A DNA stretch of 64,000 nt, taken from positions 82,338,001-82,402,000 of the forward strand of contig OZ076409.1 in NCBI GenBank assembly GCA_964187785.1. The letters are read 5' to 3'. The notes beneath the pieces were generated by a model that worked only from the letters and a program-made list of their open reading frames with translations, was not told the DNA's origin and did no database searches. This document shows positions 45,468-58,790 of the stretch, piece after piece (the first letter of the stretch is position 1; each line of letters begins with the position of its first letter). A program made the position numbers and the translations under genes. This DNA is from Amphiscolops sp. MND2022. Its lineage: Eukaryota.

Positions 45468-46631
45468 TTAGAAAGAAAGTCCGAGGTTAATATTGAATTA
45501 GTTCGGAAAACTGGTAATATTATTGAACTGAACGTTATGAAAAGAAAGCAAATTGTGTCCCCTCAGGAGGGGGGTATATATATACCTCCTGAGGCATGAC
45601 ACTCACATTTTCCACATATTATTGAAATGTTTACATATTTTAAAGGATCATGAGATTTTACGAGGATTGAAAAATAGCTATTGCATCAAAGTGATTCAGG
45701 AATTTAGGGTCTGAAGAATTCCTGAAGAATGTACTCAATTACATACTCATGATAGCTTCAAAGTACGGGGGACGGTTTAGTCCGCATTCCCGTAACAATT
45801 AACATCAAGGCAAATACATGTTCAGACACTTCAAAGTAATATTTGTGTCAACAGGTATGTGAGGTATCTAAGGCACGTGCCTGCACACGCAGGCTAATTC
45901 ATCAGGTAGCAACTCTAATTATATGCACTAATAAAAGGTGAGCGTGGCCCAATTCGGCCATTTGACAAAGGTACCAGCCAATTAAAGTGACCGGTTTAGT
46001 CCACTGGACTAGTATTTAGAGTTTCATGACTGGTGGTCACAACTACATCAATTGGGTTTAAATAGCCCCATTAGCGCCTTCTAAATACAAATATAATCCT
46101 ACATGACTTTAAATAACATGCATACTCAAATTAAACAATTACATAAGCTAATAGTTGGAATGGCCTAATCCGACCATTTACCTTTGGTCCGCTTACAAAA
46201 TAAGGTATAGCGTCAAGTGGCCGTATACGGCCAAACAAATATGACAGTATAATGCACAGCAGGATAGAGCGTTCTGATTGGCTGACGGAATGAGCTCAAG
46301 TGACGTCTCCGGAATTGGAGTTTTGTTCACTTGAACTCGTTTCCGTTAAGCTTTACACTTGCCTTTATTACATTACGTCACTGCTAAACATTTCATCATA
46401 TAAACATAATCATCACCGTTTGAATTCTAACACGGGTATTAATCAGACTAATATTCATTTTGCGGTATAAAACCATAATCCGAATACATAATGAATGTAA
46501 TAAAACAACAGTGAGTTTTACTGAAAGTTTTGAATAATTCTCCTAAAATGTGGGTAAAGTGCCTGGTACGGCTTCTTGCTCGTTGGTAGTCGTTGTGATT
46601 CGTGTCCCATCGCAAGCGGCAGCCTGCGACA
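44876..46631 (-). repeat. 5' LTR (1756 bp)
   Basis: TG...CA ends, adjacent PBS, CCAAT box (CTGATTGGCT at ~46274 on +), TATA run at ~45575, gag ATG at 45467. Confidence 0.97.
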
Positions 46632-49447
46632 GTTGTGATTTCTGAAAACTAGGGTTACATGTAATACATTTTCTGTCATACTTAGAAAACAATGAGATAA
46701 GAAGTAGCAAGTACCTTAAAAGGAACTCAATCTTGATAAACTAAATAGCTGGTTTGTTATTGAATAAGATCAAGATTTTGTTATTGATCAAGATTCTTTG
46801 TTCATTTTATATTGTTTTCAGAACAATAAAATCTCGTGAAAACAAGACTTACAAAGTAAGATCTTATCATGAAAAATACCCAAGAATCAAAACAGGTGAC
46901 TGCAGTTTTGCTGCTACATTTGATTTTAAAAGGTAATTTTCACTCATTAATTTTCAGGAAGCTTTCTATTTCAAAGGCGATTCTTGAGACCTTTCTAATT
47001 GAAAGCAAATAAATCCAGATTGAGCAAATATGAATAATTTTTTGAAAGGTTTTTTCATGAGATGCGGTTCAGTTAAAAGCTCGAAGCAATTTAGACAGTA
47101 AGCTTAGATAAAATTGACAAACAAATGCTTCCGTCTATAATTATAACCAGTTTAAATGGATTTTCGGTTCAAAAATGGATTTGAACGCCTAAAACGTTTT
47201 GATTCAAGAATTAAAATCAAGCAATTCCAATTCTTTTCACATAATTGAAGCTTTTAAAGTCTGTAATTACTTAAATTAATTGAATTAGTTGAAAGTTAAG
47301 AAAGTCCAAGTTTTTACAAAGTATGGACATTTTTTTGCATTATTCAACTTGAACGATGATTCACTTTTATAACCATTATGTTCGTCGGAAAGCATGGTTG
47401 GTATGGACGAAAAGTCCATATATGGTGATTGACGTTTTGTTATCAGTGCATCATTTCAGTTCGAAATTTCCATTCCATTTGACCTTTCCGATGATTGTCA
47501 GTGTTAGCATTATAGTGCCATGTTATGGTCGAATTTTGGATCAGCACTCAGCCCATTGACCGCGGCTAAATACGATACGGTGTGTCATTACAAATCATAA
47601 TCACAGGCTAGTGACTCGTGAAGTTACCAATCATGACTTTCACATCAAAGATGATCACAGTCCCGAATCCGTATTCAAATGATAACTCTAACTCAGAGCC
47701 TTTTATCTATGAAACTTCAAATGGTGCAGTTTTGTTAACATGTATCCAAAACATTGTAATTACTGACTCAAAATTACAAGTCAAAAAAGTACTTTTTACC
47801 GAAACTACTAATGGTCGTCAAAATTATAGAAATTACCGGTTGACCTATTATTGATTTTTAATGATAATATGTTTGCATGCCCTTTTCTCACAATTTTTTC
47901 ACAGTTGGAATGTAACAGTGATTTTCAAATTGGCGAAAAAATTGTCACAGAAACGAATTCTGATATGAAGCTACGATGAAAGTAGATAATAATAATAATC
48001 ATTTAGGGGACACATTAAAAGCAGAAAATGGTGTGAACTTTATGCTAGCTTTTCGGTCGTTCTGTTTCACTTTTCCTGCGGTGAAATGCGTATATGCCAT
48101 TCAGCTCACTCGAACTGCTGCTTTATTGAAATTTTTGTCTCCAAATTGGTGTTGAAAAGTGATTTGAGATGCTAATTAAAACAAAATTACATCGCGCTTC
48201 TTTCTCATTTCAAAAGTAACGATTCTGTTTCGGTTTTAGAATTTTTTAAAGAGTTGAAGTAGCTTCATTTTAATCCTATTTTTCAAGCAGCGGAAAAGTC
48301 ATTAACATAACTAAGCCAGTTTTCCGCTTCGTGCGTCGGTGACAGCTCTTTCCTGCCTATAATTTATAACTAGAGCACACTAGTGATAAATTATTGACGT
48401 AGGCTGAAGAAAGAAATCTTGTGCGATTCCACCTTGTCTTGAGATTACAAATTATGTCCTAGAAAAAAGTAATGAGCTTTGATGCCGTTTTTGATGAAAT
48501 AACTTATCAGCAAAAATATGATTATCGAGATAAGCGACGGAAATTAATGTGCACTTCTTCTTTTTCAATCTTGATCCGCCTTGAGATTTATTCATCTTTT
48601 CAATCCATGTACCAGAATGTGAAATTAGTTAGGTGACCTTTTCCTGAAAGTATTCTACTTTCCTCCCACTCAACGAATCAAATTGGGAACAAGTTATGAT
48701 CTTTTTTGACCTGTTTTCTTCACTGCTTACCAGTTTGATGAATTTTGCGTTGAATTGGTTTGCACAAGATGGTATTTTTATTAACCCCTTTTGATAATTT
48801 TTAATAACTTTTGTATTCACGGGTATATGATTTTTTTCATATTTTTTCCTGGACGTTGTCAGTCAAAGTTTCAGTTAACCTTCCAAAAATTACCTCAAGT
48901 GATGAATTTGCAATATACAGCTCGAAATTAGAAAAAAAGTTTCGCAGCGTGACTTTGGACGTTAAGTAGACATTTTTGGTAGAAGAATATTTGTTCCAGT
49001 TATAGCGCCTAGAATTTTCATCAACAAAATTTTTCAGAACGAAACTACAAGATAAAAGATAATAAAAAGTCGGAAAACAACAGAGCAACACTTTAAAAGC
49101 GACAATACATAATTAGCTAAAGTGAGATTGGACCATGTGTCTTATTGTTCCCCCAGGTGCACCTTGTTTCAAATCCCCCAACACGAAAGATCATTTTATT
49201 CTTGAAGTCAAACATTGGACTAATAAGATATCATTACATGGATGTATAGTCTTAGACGATTCTCTCTACAGCTGTTATGACACTTCCAGCAAAAAATGAC
49301 CCTAGTTTTTATAATGTTGTCCAAAATAGCAAAAGTTTATGCTTGGAACAAACTAAAATGGTATAAAAGACCCCAATTTCAACACAAAGTTTGCCCGCTA
49401 TAAAATCTAATGTGCAACTTTCAACTGGCAGTCAATGTAAAAGATAG

Positions 49448-49511
49448 CATTATGTCGACATCAATTATTCTATTGGACCAAACTTTCAACGCAAACGATG
49501 TCGACATAATG
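49448..49511. repeat. Perfect 15-bp inverted repeat with 34-nt spacer
   Basis: CATTATGTCGACATC ... GATGTCGACATAATG. Confidence 0.8.
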
Positions 49512-51584
49512 GTATTTGAACATATTTTTTATTTTCACCCGGCCGCATTTTGGGAAAAAAGGACAACTGGTCCGAGATAGTTTTCCATTCCATAGTTCAA
49601 GCCATTCCAGTCAAGCGCCTTCGTTTGGATATCCAGATGCAAAGATGTATATAACAGACATTCACGTGAGATGTTATAATTCATAATGCTTCAAATTCTA
49701 ATCAAAGTTGATTCTCTATATCTACCCAATGAATATTTGGGATGAATATATTTTCCCAAAAAATGGATGGTGGGTAATAAGAAAATGGATACTTTTCTTT
49801 ACCTGATGTAACAGAACTGAGGAATAAGTTGTCAGCTTAGACCCCGAAACAGTGCCCTTTGGAATTTCCAGCTCGTGTGCTGGACGGATGATCTACAAAA
49901 CCCACTACAAGGGACATTATCATAATTATGTTGTACTGGTCGTGTTGTATTTTGCGTTTATGCTTGAGAGCTGCTACATTGTTTTTTTGGACATTTTTGT
50001 ACTTTTATGGAATTCCTCGTAAATTCACATTTCTGTAATCCTGACCCTGTTTCCAAAGGCTGTTCTTACGGTAGTCCCGAGGAACAGGCAAGATGCCTGT
50101 ATATCATGGCAGTAACAGACCGGATTAAGGTTAGAGAGCGGCCTGGAACAGCGGTTCCCGCTTCTCGGGACCGGCATCCATAGGAGGAAAAATGGAAGTG
50201 TAGAAGCTGTTAGTTCCGAACACTGTATGTTTCCATGCATATTCCTCTATCTCTGCTAGCGAACTAAGTGCCATATTACAGTTTATGGTTATGAAATATG
50301 ATATCCTTGAGATGATGAGGAAAAAAGAGCTCAAGTACTATCTGGTAGTCCAAAATGAATGGTTCCCACAATTTCCGTTTTGGCGGTTTGATAGGAATTT
50401 TTTAGATGCTTCGCATTGCAAATTTAGGAAGTACAAAAAAAATTCCAAAACAATCTTGGAACTTTTCATGCATCTGTTTCACCCCTTCTGTTAAACTTGA
50501 GAGACTGAAACTTCAACTAATGTCCCTACTTTGCTAAAAATAGGAACTTCCACAAAAATTCAAATCAAATAGCCAAAAAAGGTGGAAATAACTTACTTTG
50601 AATTACTTGACATTTACTGAAAAAAATAGTTTAAGTATTCAATAAAAACTGCACAGGGGATGAAAAAAGGCTATTTTGAAGACTATTTTTGATCACGTTC
50701 GTCTCCAATATTGCTAAACGTTCATTGAGATTAACTATCTATAGTAATAAACAACGAATGTGGATGGTTGCGACCATTGACCTTTGTTTTTGGCGACTTC
50801 TGGTGACTTCTGAATAGAAAGTCAAAATCTTTATCTCTATGTGAACAAAAAACATTACGAGTAATCAACTCCTCTGTACGAGTTTGAAGCAGAGAAAATC
50901 TTCCTAAAGTGATGGCATATGCCACAAACGGATTAGGCTTATAATTCATCTGACCAAAGTTGATAAATAGTTCAAACTCCCGTTGAATTTTGTTTCTTTT
51001 TTTTCGATTGAAAGTGTCACTGGAAAATTTTTTAATACAGTAACTTGAACAAAATTGATTTGGAATTCAAAGTTGGAAACACACACATAGAATAGAAGGT
51101 CGTATTTGGATTCTTTCGAGATTTTTAAGCTAGATGGATGGAAAAGGCAGCGAATGGAAACGCTGCTAATTACGTTGGACAGTTATTTTTGGTTGGGTTG
51201 GTTGGTTTGGTGTTTTTAGAGCGTTTTCTGTGAGTGGAAAGGAATCAGAAGTTGAATATTGCAAAATCCAAAGTAATGTTTAATAGAAAGGCGTCAGAAA
51301 CAACATAAGCAGCTGACGTTATTTGAGACATTACTAACCAATCTGGAGTGATACCAAATATTTTCCAAAGGTTATTCAGTGTCGGAACTTTTCCTCCACC
51401 ACATACTCAAAAAGTTGTGTGAAAAAATTGGGCCGATGTTTTAGTCATCAAAATGAAGTTACATAGATTGTTTTAGGAAGTCTTAAAAAATAATTTCAGT
51501 GAAATTTATTAGGCAAAAGTTGAGCTTTTCCAATGTGTGTGCGAAAAACAAAGATCCATTGTGTCCATATGCCGCCTAAACACC

Positions 51585-51690
51585 TTATACAACAATATAT
51601 ATAAGGTCTCCTCAACTAGAGGGGTTCTCGGACCCAAAGGGCTCTCGGTGACCTTCTGATTGTATCGACCTTATATACACTGTCGTATAA
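51585..51690. mobile_element. ~105-bp hairpin mini-element just upstream of the 4-TM gene
   Basis: TTATACAACAATATATATAAGGTC ... GACCTTATATACACTGTCGTATAA imperfect inverted ends, with further internal pairing. Confidence 0.45.
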
Positions 51691-51748
51691 CATATGCAAA
51701 CACTGCAGAACCCTCGAGGATTAGAAAAGGTTGGAACTCTACAAGATC

Positions 51749-52297
51749 ATGTTGCTACTAGCTATTATTTTTGGATCATTGGCTTTATTCTTTTCAACGA
51801 TGGCAATTTTCGATCTTTGCACCTCTGACGACGAAGGAGTCAAGGAACAATTTTGCACTGGAACTATTTATTACGACCTCCATCAGAAATTTGGGAAAGG
51901 TGGGTACGAGTACTCGTTAACTACACTGCAGGCAATCGGCCATTTTTGTGGCATGATCTTTGGAGTTACCGTGGTCGTCATGAGTGGAATCGCTTTTTGC
52001 ACGGATTGTTCATCGAACAGAGTGTTTATGATTTGCACTGTGATTATAGCAGCGCTCACACTTTTTTTCATTACATGCGCGGCAGCTGTTAGAGCAAATT
52101 GGTTTCATTATTTCACAGTCACCAACCCAAATGTTGCCGAACTTGATGAGGACCCTTTAAGGCCAGACGTAGCAGCAAGATTATCTCGAGACAGAGCGAA
52201 TATAGCCATGTTTTCGATTGCTGTCATTTCGTTAGTAGCTACCGTTATTTTTCTTATTATTGCTACTATCCTGGCACCTTCCGGGAACAAAAAGTGA
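51749..52297 (+). CDS. Four-transmembrane membrane protein, unknown family
   Basis: Clean ORF with four hydrophobic segments, a Cys pair in loop 1 (CTSDDEGVKEQFC) and a short basic C-tail; starts at ATG 51749 or via acceptor TTAG|51725. Confidence 0.7.
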   Translation: MLLLAIIFGSLALFFSTMAIFDLCTSDDEGVKEQFCTGTIYYDLHQKFGKGGYEYSLTTLQAIGHFCGMIFGVTVVVMSGIAFCTDCSSNRVFMICTVIIAALTLFFITCAAAVRANWFHYFTVTNPNVAELDEDPLRPDVAARLSRDRANIAMFSIAVISLVATVIFLIIATILAPSGNKK

Positions 52298-54399
52298 AGA
52301 AAGAAGAATCATCGCCGGAAGCAATTTGCTTTTGCTTTTGTAACTTGAGTTGAACATTATATTATTCTAGCAGAAATGCAAAAAAAAGTTTTTTTTAGGA
52401 TTTCTTCTTCGATATGTTGCTGAAAATGGTTACTATTTATTTTAGCTGGAATTAAATTGTTGGCAATATTGAAAAAATGATTTGTTTTACTGGACGAACT
52501 GTTGAAACGATGGTTTTCGAAACATCAGTTTTGTACCGATATACAACAAACACGGAGAAAACTTTCACAAAAACGGCAGTAGAAGGAACGACTACTGACA
52601 ATCAGTCATTTCATAGATCTCAGCGGGAACGGTGACGGCTATTATTAGTGTAATTGCCCTCTGCACCTAATGTGCTTTCAACAATGTCATTATGATTTGC
52701 AATGTAATGATGCTTATGTCGGTTTTTCTGTGATTCGCTACAGCTTTTAAAACTCCCTGGTTTGCTCGTTCCATTCACGACAGTTCACAAACCTTGAACC
52801 CTTGCGGCACTATTCAGTTTTATGAATAGCGGGATTGGAATTCGTTATGTTTTGGCAGGCTTTTTCCATCAACAGCTACCATTGTCTTCGTGTCAAAACA
52901 TATATTGTTGAACCGTGCGTCTGACCGGAAGTAACCGAGGAAGATAGCTGTAGAGCTCTCGAAGAAAGTGACCGTGTATTCCTTTCTTTTTCCCCTGATC
53001 AACTATCCACCTTTTTCTGCAATTTTTCGTTTTTTTTCTACTCAATATCCGATGAGCATTCTTTTTTAAGTATAGGCAGTCATTTCTGGTTTTAAATGGT
53101 TTGTTTGTTTGACAAAAAGTTGTCCTATTCATTTTTCCAAAAACACTCCGATTGTGGGGAACAGAAAAACACAACTCTTGAATTGATGTAATTTTGAACG
53201 TAATTGTACACAAATTTAAAAATTACCAAAAAATGAAATAAATCAACTGACTCAATTTGGTTTTAAAGATGACTGTTGCAAGCATGAGGTCTAGAGGAGC
53301 TAGGACTTACGAGTTGAAATTTTTCACTAGCCGTTCCTACACCAGTTACATTGGATCAAACGAGCCGGATAAGACCAAAGTCGTCTTCCGCTTAAGGCAC
53401 AAAGTGCTCAAAGATTAACTTTAATGTAGACAACAAAAAATCAAGGGAACACTTTGATAAAATCAAAATGAAGGGACCCTTTGCTATCGTCTGGGCTAGT
53501 AGAATGCGTGCTAGAATGCCTCCCAGGTTCCTCTATAACGGTATGGCAAATTTTCAAAACACCGAAAAAAAAACAAAAACGCGACAGTATTTAAAAGGTG
53601 ATATGTTTTTCTTCGGTGAATCAAAACAAAATGTAATTCCCATCAAGCAACAACTGGCGACTCCAGTGGGTGCCAGTTGAAAATGACCGAAGTCTATTGA
53701 ATTTGCACAAGAAAAAATATTAAAAGGACTTTTCAATTTCGCACTACCGAAAAACAACTGAAAAATTTTCTTCGAAAAAGTTTTTGCAAAACTTAAAAGA
53801 CTTTCGTCTCAAAAAAGTCGCGCAGAACCAAAAAAGGGGATTTGCACGCTCGCAAAATTATTTGTTCTTGCCAAAATGAAAAATTTTCAAGGAGGATTGT
53901 CCAGTGAAATTAGTGTACTCTTTGCTTTTTCCTTTGCAAGCATGAAATTTCAGTGTTATGGTGGGACCCACGTAAACAGACATGAAGTTGTTCACCTTGT
54001 AAGGAAAATCGAGTTAACGCATGGGCCAACTGGAAAGAACTTTTTTCCAGGTTTCACAAGCATCTAGTTGCATAAAGTAATGGAAGAAAAGAGTTGAAAA
54101 TGATCCGGGTTTTCATTTCTTAGGAAAACTAAATACAAAAATGAAAGAAGAAAGCATTTTTTAAACCTGATTATTAAGGATCTACAGTCTCCCAACTTAG
54201 TGAGCAACTTGTGTATCAGTTATATAAAGAAAAAAATCAACCCGAATAAGAAAAAATCTTCTAGTTCCTAATTTGGATACTGATTCATTTCTTTTTAGTG
54301 TAAAAAAAACACTCATTATAAATTGGGATTATTCGAAAGATGTTCATGAACTAAATCAACAACATGAATTCTTAACTGTTGTAAACAAGTAAACAAACC

Positions 54400-54804
54400 C
54401 AAGCCGGGAACGGCATACGTCGGCGCCATATCTAAGGCTCATAAACAGCAAAAGGACTTCAAAGTATCAAGTCTTCTTTTACAGTACCCGAAAAACCCAA
54501 AACTTGGACCAAATTGGCGCGCCATTTCGGATTTCTTAACACCCATTGTTGCAAAACATTTTTTAAAAATTGAAGGAGGACCCTTTGGGGACATTAATTT
54601 TTTTTCGAAACGTCTCTGATGCCGAAAAAACTGAAACGCTGAAGGAAGGAACAACCTTTTTCGTTCAGTTCCCTAGGCCAAATGGTTCATTTTGACACCC
54701 TAAAGTTTTGTAGAATTTTGTAGAACTTTTTGGTCAGTTCGCGTGGATTGAAAAAAAAGTCAGTAGTATAGTTGTGTTTCACTTCATGAAGCGCCGACTA
54801 AAAA
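54400..54804. mobile_element. HINE family A copy
   Basis: AAGCCGGGAACGGC..GTCGGCGCCATATCTAAGGCTCA ... GAAGCGCCGACTAAAA. Confidence 0.65.
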
Positions 54805-56307
54805 ACTCATGAGAAAATTAAAACTAAAACAAAATCAATTTCATGAAAACGTAACAACAATTTAAATTAATTTTGTCACAGGATTCTAAAACGGACAAGA
54901 TTACAAACAGCTCTCACGCTTGAAGATTACGCAATCTCAGTTTTCAACACCTTTACATAAACTTCTGAAAAAACTTCGATACAATCAAATCGCGTCAACT
55001 TTACAGTTCGGAAACAGATTAATTTCGCATTGTTTCGATTTGATAAAAGAGACATTACTTCAAACCTATGCAACGCTCACATCAAAGTCACAGTGAAAAG
55101 TTATGTTTTTAGTATCAACAAATTACAGCGATAATCTTCGAGATTTTCTATCATTTCACCCCACTTTCATTTCACCCCACATTTAAATCATCAAATGCGA
55201 TGCGTCTCAGATGTGACCCTCCCGCTTTCAAACCTTATTTCGGATTGAGAAATGGTAATTTTGTGAGCTGAAAGTTCCTCATTTTTTTCGAAAATTGTTT
55301 TTTTTGTGTTTGCAGTTGGGAAAAATGAGGTTTCCGAGGTATTTTTCGGTAGTGAAAAATGGCTAAAAGTTTAAAACCAACATCCTTTGAATTTTTAAAA
55401 AAAACTTGAGCGGGACGTCCACTTGGGCCTGTCCTGGCTCGTTTCTCTACGAGGTGCAGTGTCAGTGTTTTAGGAGGTTTTGGGGAAAACATACGACACC
55501 TACGAAACTAAGTTGTTTGAAAACCAAAAAGCAATGGATTAGTCTCAATTGAAATGCCTCTAATGATCTGAAAATCAGCTCACCTTTGTTTGTATGAAAA
55601 TCTCCAAGAAGGAATTCATTTAAAACAAACCTGCTTCTCTTATGTATGCTTTTCATGATCTATATCAAAAACGTCCCTAATTTAGATAAACTACTGGTTT
55701 AGGTGTCGCCAAGGAGATAGGCGATTTTACATTTTTTTCTCTGGACGTTGTCGGTCAAAGTTCCAGTTAACCTCCCAAAATTTACCTTAAGTGAATGACT
55801 CTGACAACGCTCAAAAAATGGACAAATGATCTGGTTTCAATTATATTTGAACCACTAATCACGCATCTTTCTGCTTTTCTTTCGGTTCTTCAATAAATTT
55901 ATTGGCACTATGAACCCAAGACATTTGTGATCATTGTTTTGAAGTTTTCTCCAATGAGAAAAATGAGAAAAGAATCTTAGCCAGGCAGGGATTTGAGATA
56001 TACAGCTCCAAAAGAAGAAAAAAGTTTCGTTGCGTGATCTCAGAAGTTAAGGTCACAGTGTTCGTAACAAAACTATCGTTCGTGCTAATATAGTGCCTAG
56101 AATTATCAGGCCTAGAAGCAAAATTGTCCAGTGTTCTAAATGGAGCACGAAACTCTGAGAAGAAAATGAAAGCCGAAAAACAACAGAGCAAAACTTGTAA
56201 ACATTTATAATTGATACTTTTCTGTCTATGAAAACATCTCGCTTCGGATCGTTTCAGAGCAAGCCAAAAGCCCAAAAGCAGAATAAAAGTGTTCCTATTG
56301 TTACCAG

Positions 56308-58790
56308 AAACAAGACGGAACGTCTAACGTCGGCGATACATCTAAGGCTCAAAAAGCGCAAAGTTTTCAAAATATGCCCAGGACGTATTTATGAAAAGCT
56401 CAGAAAACAGTTTCGAGACACCCAAAGGGTGCCTTCTTGCCTTTTATGCTAAATAAAACTCGGAAACCTCTTTTCCCCAACAAGAAACAAATAAAACATT
56501 TTTTGAAGAAAAATTCGGATTTTCTCTTCTCCAAAAATGTCGCATAATGCCGAAAAGTGCAAAAAGGGGGATCTTTGGTATTTATTAACAGACGTTCTGT
56601 TGCAAAATATCAAAAACCATTGAAGAAGACCCTTTGGTTCAATCAAAATAATTTCATAGTGCGGAACAAATCTAAGTTAAAAGCACCAACATAGCCAAAA
56701 GGGGATCCTCAGTATGTTTTTGAGGTTCTGGACGTTGGTTTTGTTTTGGACGAGATTCTGACGCCTTCAGCGTATGCGTATTTCAAGTTGATGAAATAAA
56801 CAAAAAGTGGATCTTTCAGTGTGAGGTCTGTGGTCTAGAGAACAAGCCGGGACCGACCCAAGTCGGCACCATATCCAAGGCTCAAAAATAGCAAAAGGAC
56901 ATCAAAGTTTCAAAGTATTCTCTTCCACAGCAATAAATTCTTTTTTGAAAGAAGTCTCACAACGCCGAAAAAAAATGGAAGTGGGACCCTTTGGGATTTT
57001 TCTATACCCAGTCTGTCGCAAAACCCAAAAAAACTTGAAGGGGGGACCCTTTGGGGGAAACCCTTTGGGTCTCGCAATGCTAAAAAAAACTGAAAGGGGG
57101 ACCCTCTGGTCTCGTCCGGCATTGTATGTTATGCGGGAAACTTTTTGGTCCTGTTCCCTGGGCCAACAGGTGAAATTTAAAATTTTGTAGAATTTTTGGT
57201 AGAACTACTTTGGTCAGTTCAGGTGGTCTTAAAAAACACTGACGAAAAGCCATGACTATAGTCGACTCTTTTCTCTAGAAAAGCGCCGACTAAAAAACAA
57301 GCCGGGAACGGCCCAAGTCGGCGCCATATTTAAGGCTCAAAAATAGCAAAAGGACTTCAATGTGTCAAGTATTCTCTTCTACAGTACCCGCGTGAGGAAA
57401 AAATTGAAAAAAATCCGAATTTTCGAAATTTTTTCGAAAATTTTTTTGGTCTCCGGTAAGTCGCATAGTGCCGAAAAATGTAACAAGACGAGAACGTCTA
57501 AAGTCGGCGCCATATCTAAGGCTCAAAAAGCGTAAAACACTTTTTTTGGAAAAAAATTGAAATTTTTGAAAAAAAATTTTCTTTCAAAAGAAGTCGCATA
57601 GTGCCGAAAAATGTAAAAGGGGGGACCCTTCTGGATTTATTAACAAACATTCCGTTGCAAAATATCAAAAAACTCAAAGGGGGGACCCTTTGGGGACATT
57701 AAAAAATTTTCGAAAAAAAGTCGCACAGTGCCGAAAAAAATCCAAAGGGGGGACCCTTTGGGCACGTCCGGTTGTGTATGTTTCCTTGAAAAAGTAAAAA
57801 CTGAAAGGGGGAACCCTTTGGAGTAAAGTTTGCCTTCTGCGCAGAATTGTAAAAAGTGGACCGATCAGTGTGAGGATTGTAGTCTGAACTGAAGAAAAAA
57901 AAGGTCACTGCTATAGTCGGGCATTTTTCCTTAAAAGGATAAAGCGCCGACTAAAAAATTGGCGGAAAAAAAAGTATCACAAAGCCGAAAAAACCTGCAC
58001 AAAAAATTTTTGGTCAAGGTTGGACTCGAACCCACGTCCTTCTGCTTGGCAGACCTCAAAAACCTCAAAAACCCGTAACCTCTATACCAAATGCCAGAAG
58101 AAGTTACAAGAGTGGCAGTTAGTGGATCATAAAAATTGTAAAAAGTGGACCATTCAGAGTGAGATTGTCAGCTGAAAAAAGAAACAAGACGGGAACGTCT
58201 AAAGTCGGCGCTATATCTATGGCTCAAAAAGCGCAAAAGACTTTTTTTGAAAAAACAACTTGAAATTTTTGAATTTTTTTCTTTCAGAAAATGTCGCATA
58301 GTGCCAAAAAATGTAAAAGGAGGACCCTTTGGGCTTTATTGACATATATTCTGTTGCAAAATATCAAAAAACTCGAAAGGAGGACTCTTTTAATACATTA
58401 AAAAATTTTCGAAATAAAGTCGCACAATGCCGAAAACAAATCGAAAGGGGGGACCCTTTAGTCTCGTCCGGTTTTGTAGGTTACGTTAAAATAGTAAAAA
58501 ATGAAAGGGGGACCCTTTTGCACTAATTTCCGCTGACCGGACTTGGCCTTATGGTAGTAGCTTTAGTAGTTTCGATTGTAAGAAAAGTGGCCCAATCAGA
58601 GTGAGATTGTAGTCTGACGAAATAAAAAGAAAAACAAACTAGCCACTGTAAGAGTCGGGCAATTTTCACTAGAAAAGCGCCGACTAAAAAAAACTACCCA
58701 CTGTAATAGTCGGGCTTTTTTCCTTAAGGGAAAAGGCGCCGACTAAACAGATCACTGTAAGAGTGGGGCACACAAAAAGCGGCGACTAAA
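56308..58790. mobile_element. Large nested/tandem cluster of HINE family A elements
   Basis: At least five hairpin ends (~56309, 56841, 57296, 57482, 58183) and several CGCCGACTAAA ends (~57290, 57952, 58686, 58745, 58788). Confidence 0.7.

Larger units (their letters stand above)
32510..46631 (-). mobile_element. Full-length Ty3/Gypsy LTR retrotransposon (14,122 bp) with accessory genes
   Basis: Two direct LTRs with TGTCG...CGACA ends, TSD GTTGT (32505-32509 and 46632-46636), PBS, gag, and pol in PR-RT-RH-IN order. Confidence 0.97.

Noticed and set aside
58011..58052. Possible tRNA genes here and at 19237-19280
   Set aside because: Only 3'-half features are present, with no D-arm or acceptor-stem partner, so they are not called as tRNAs.
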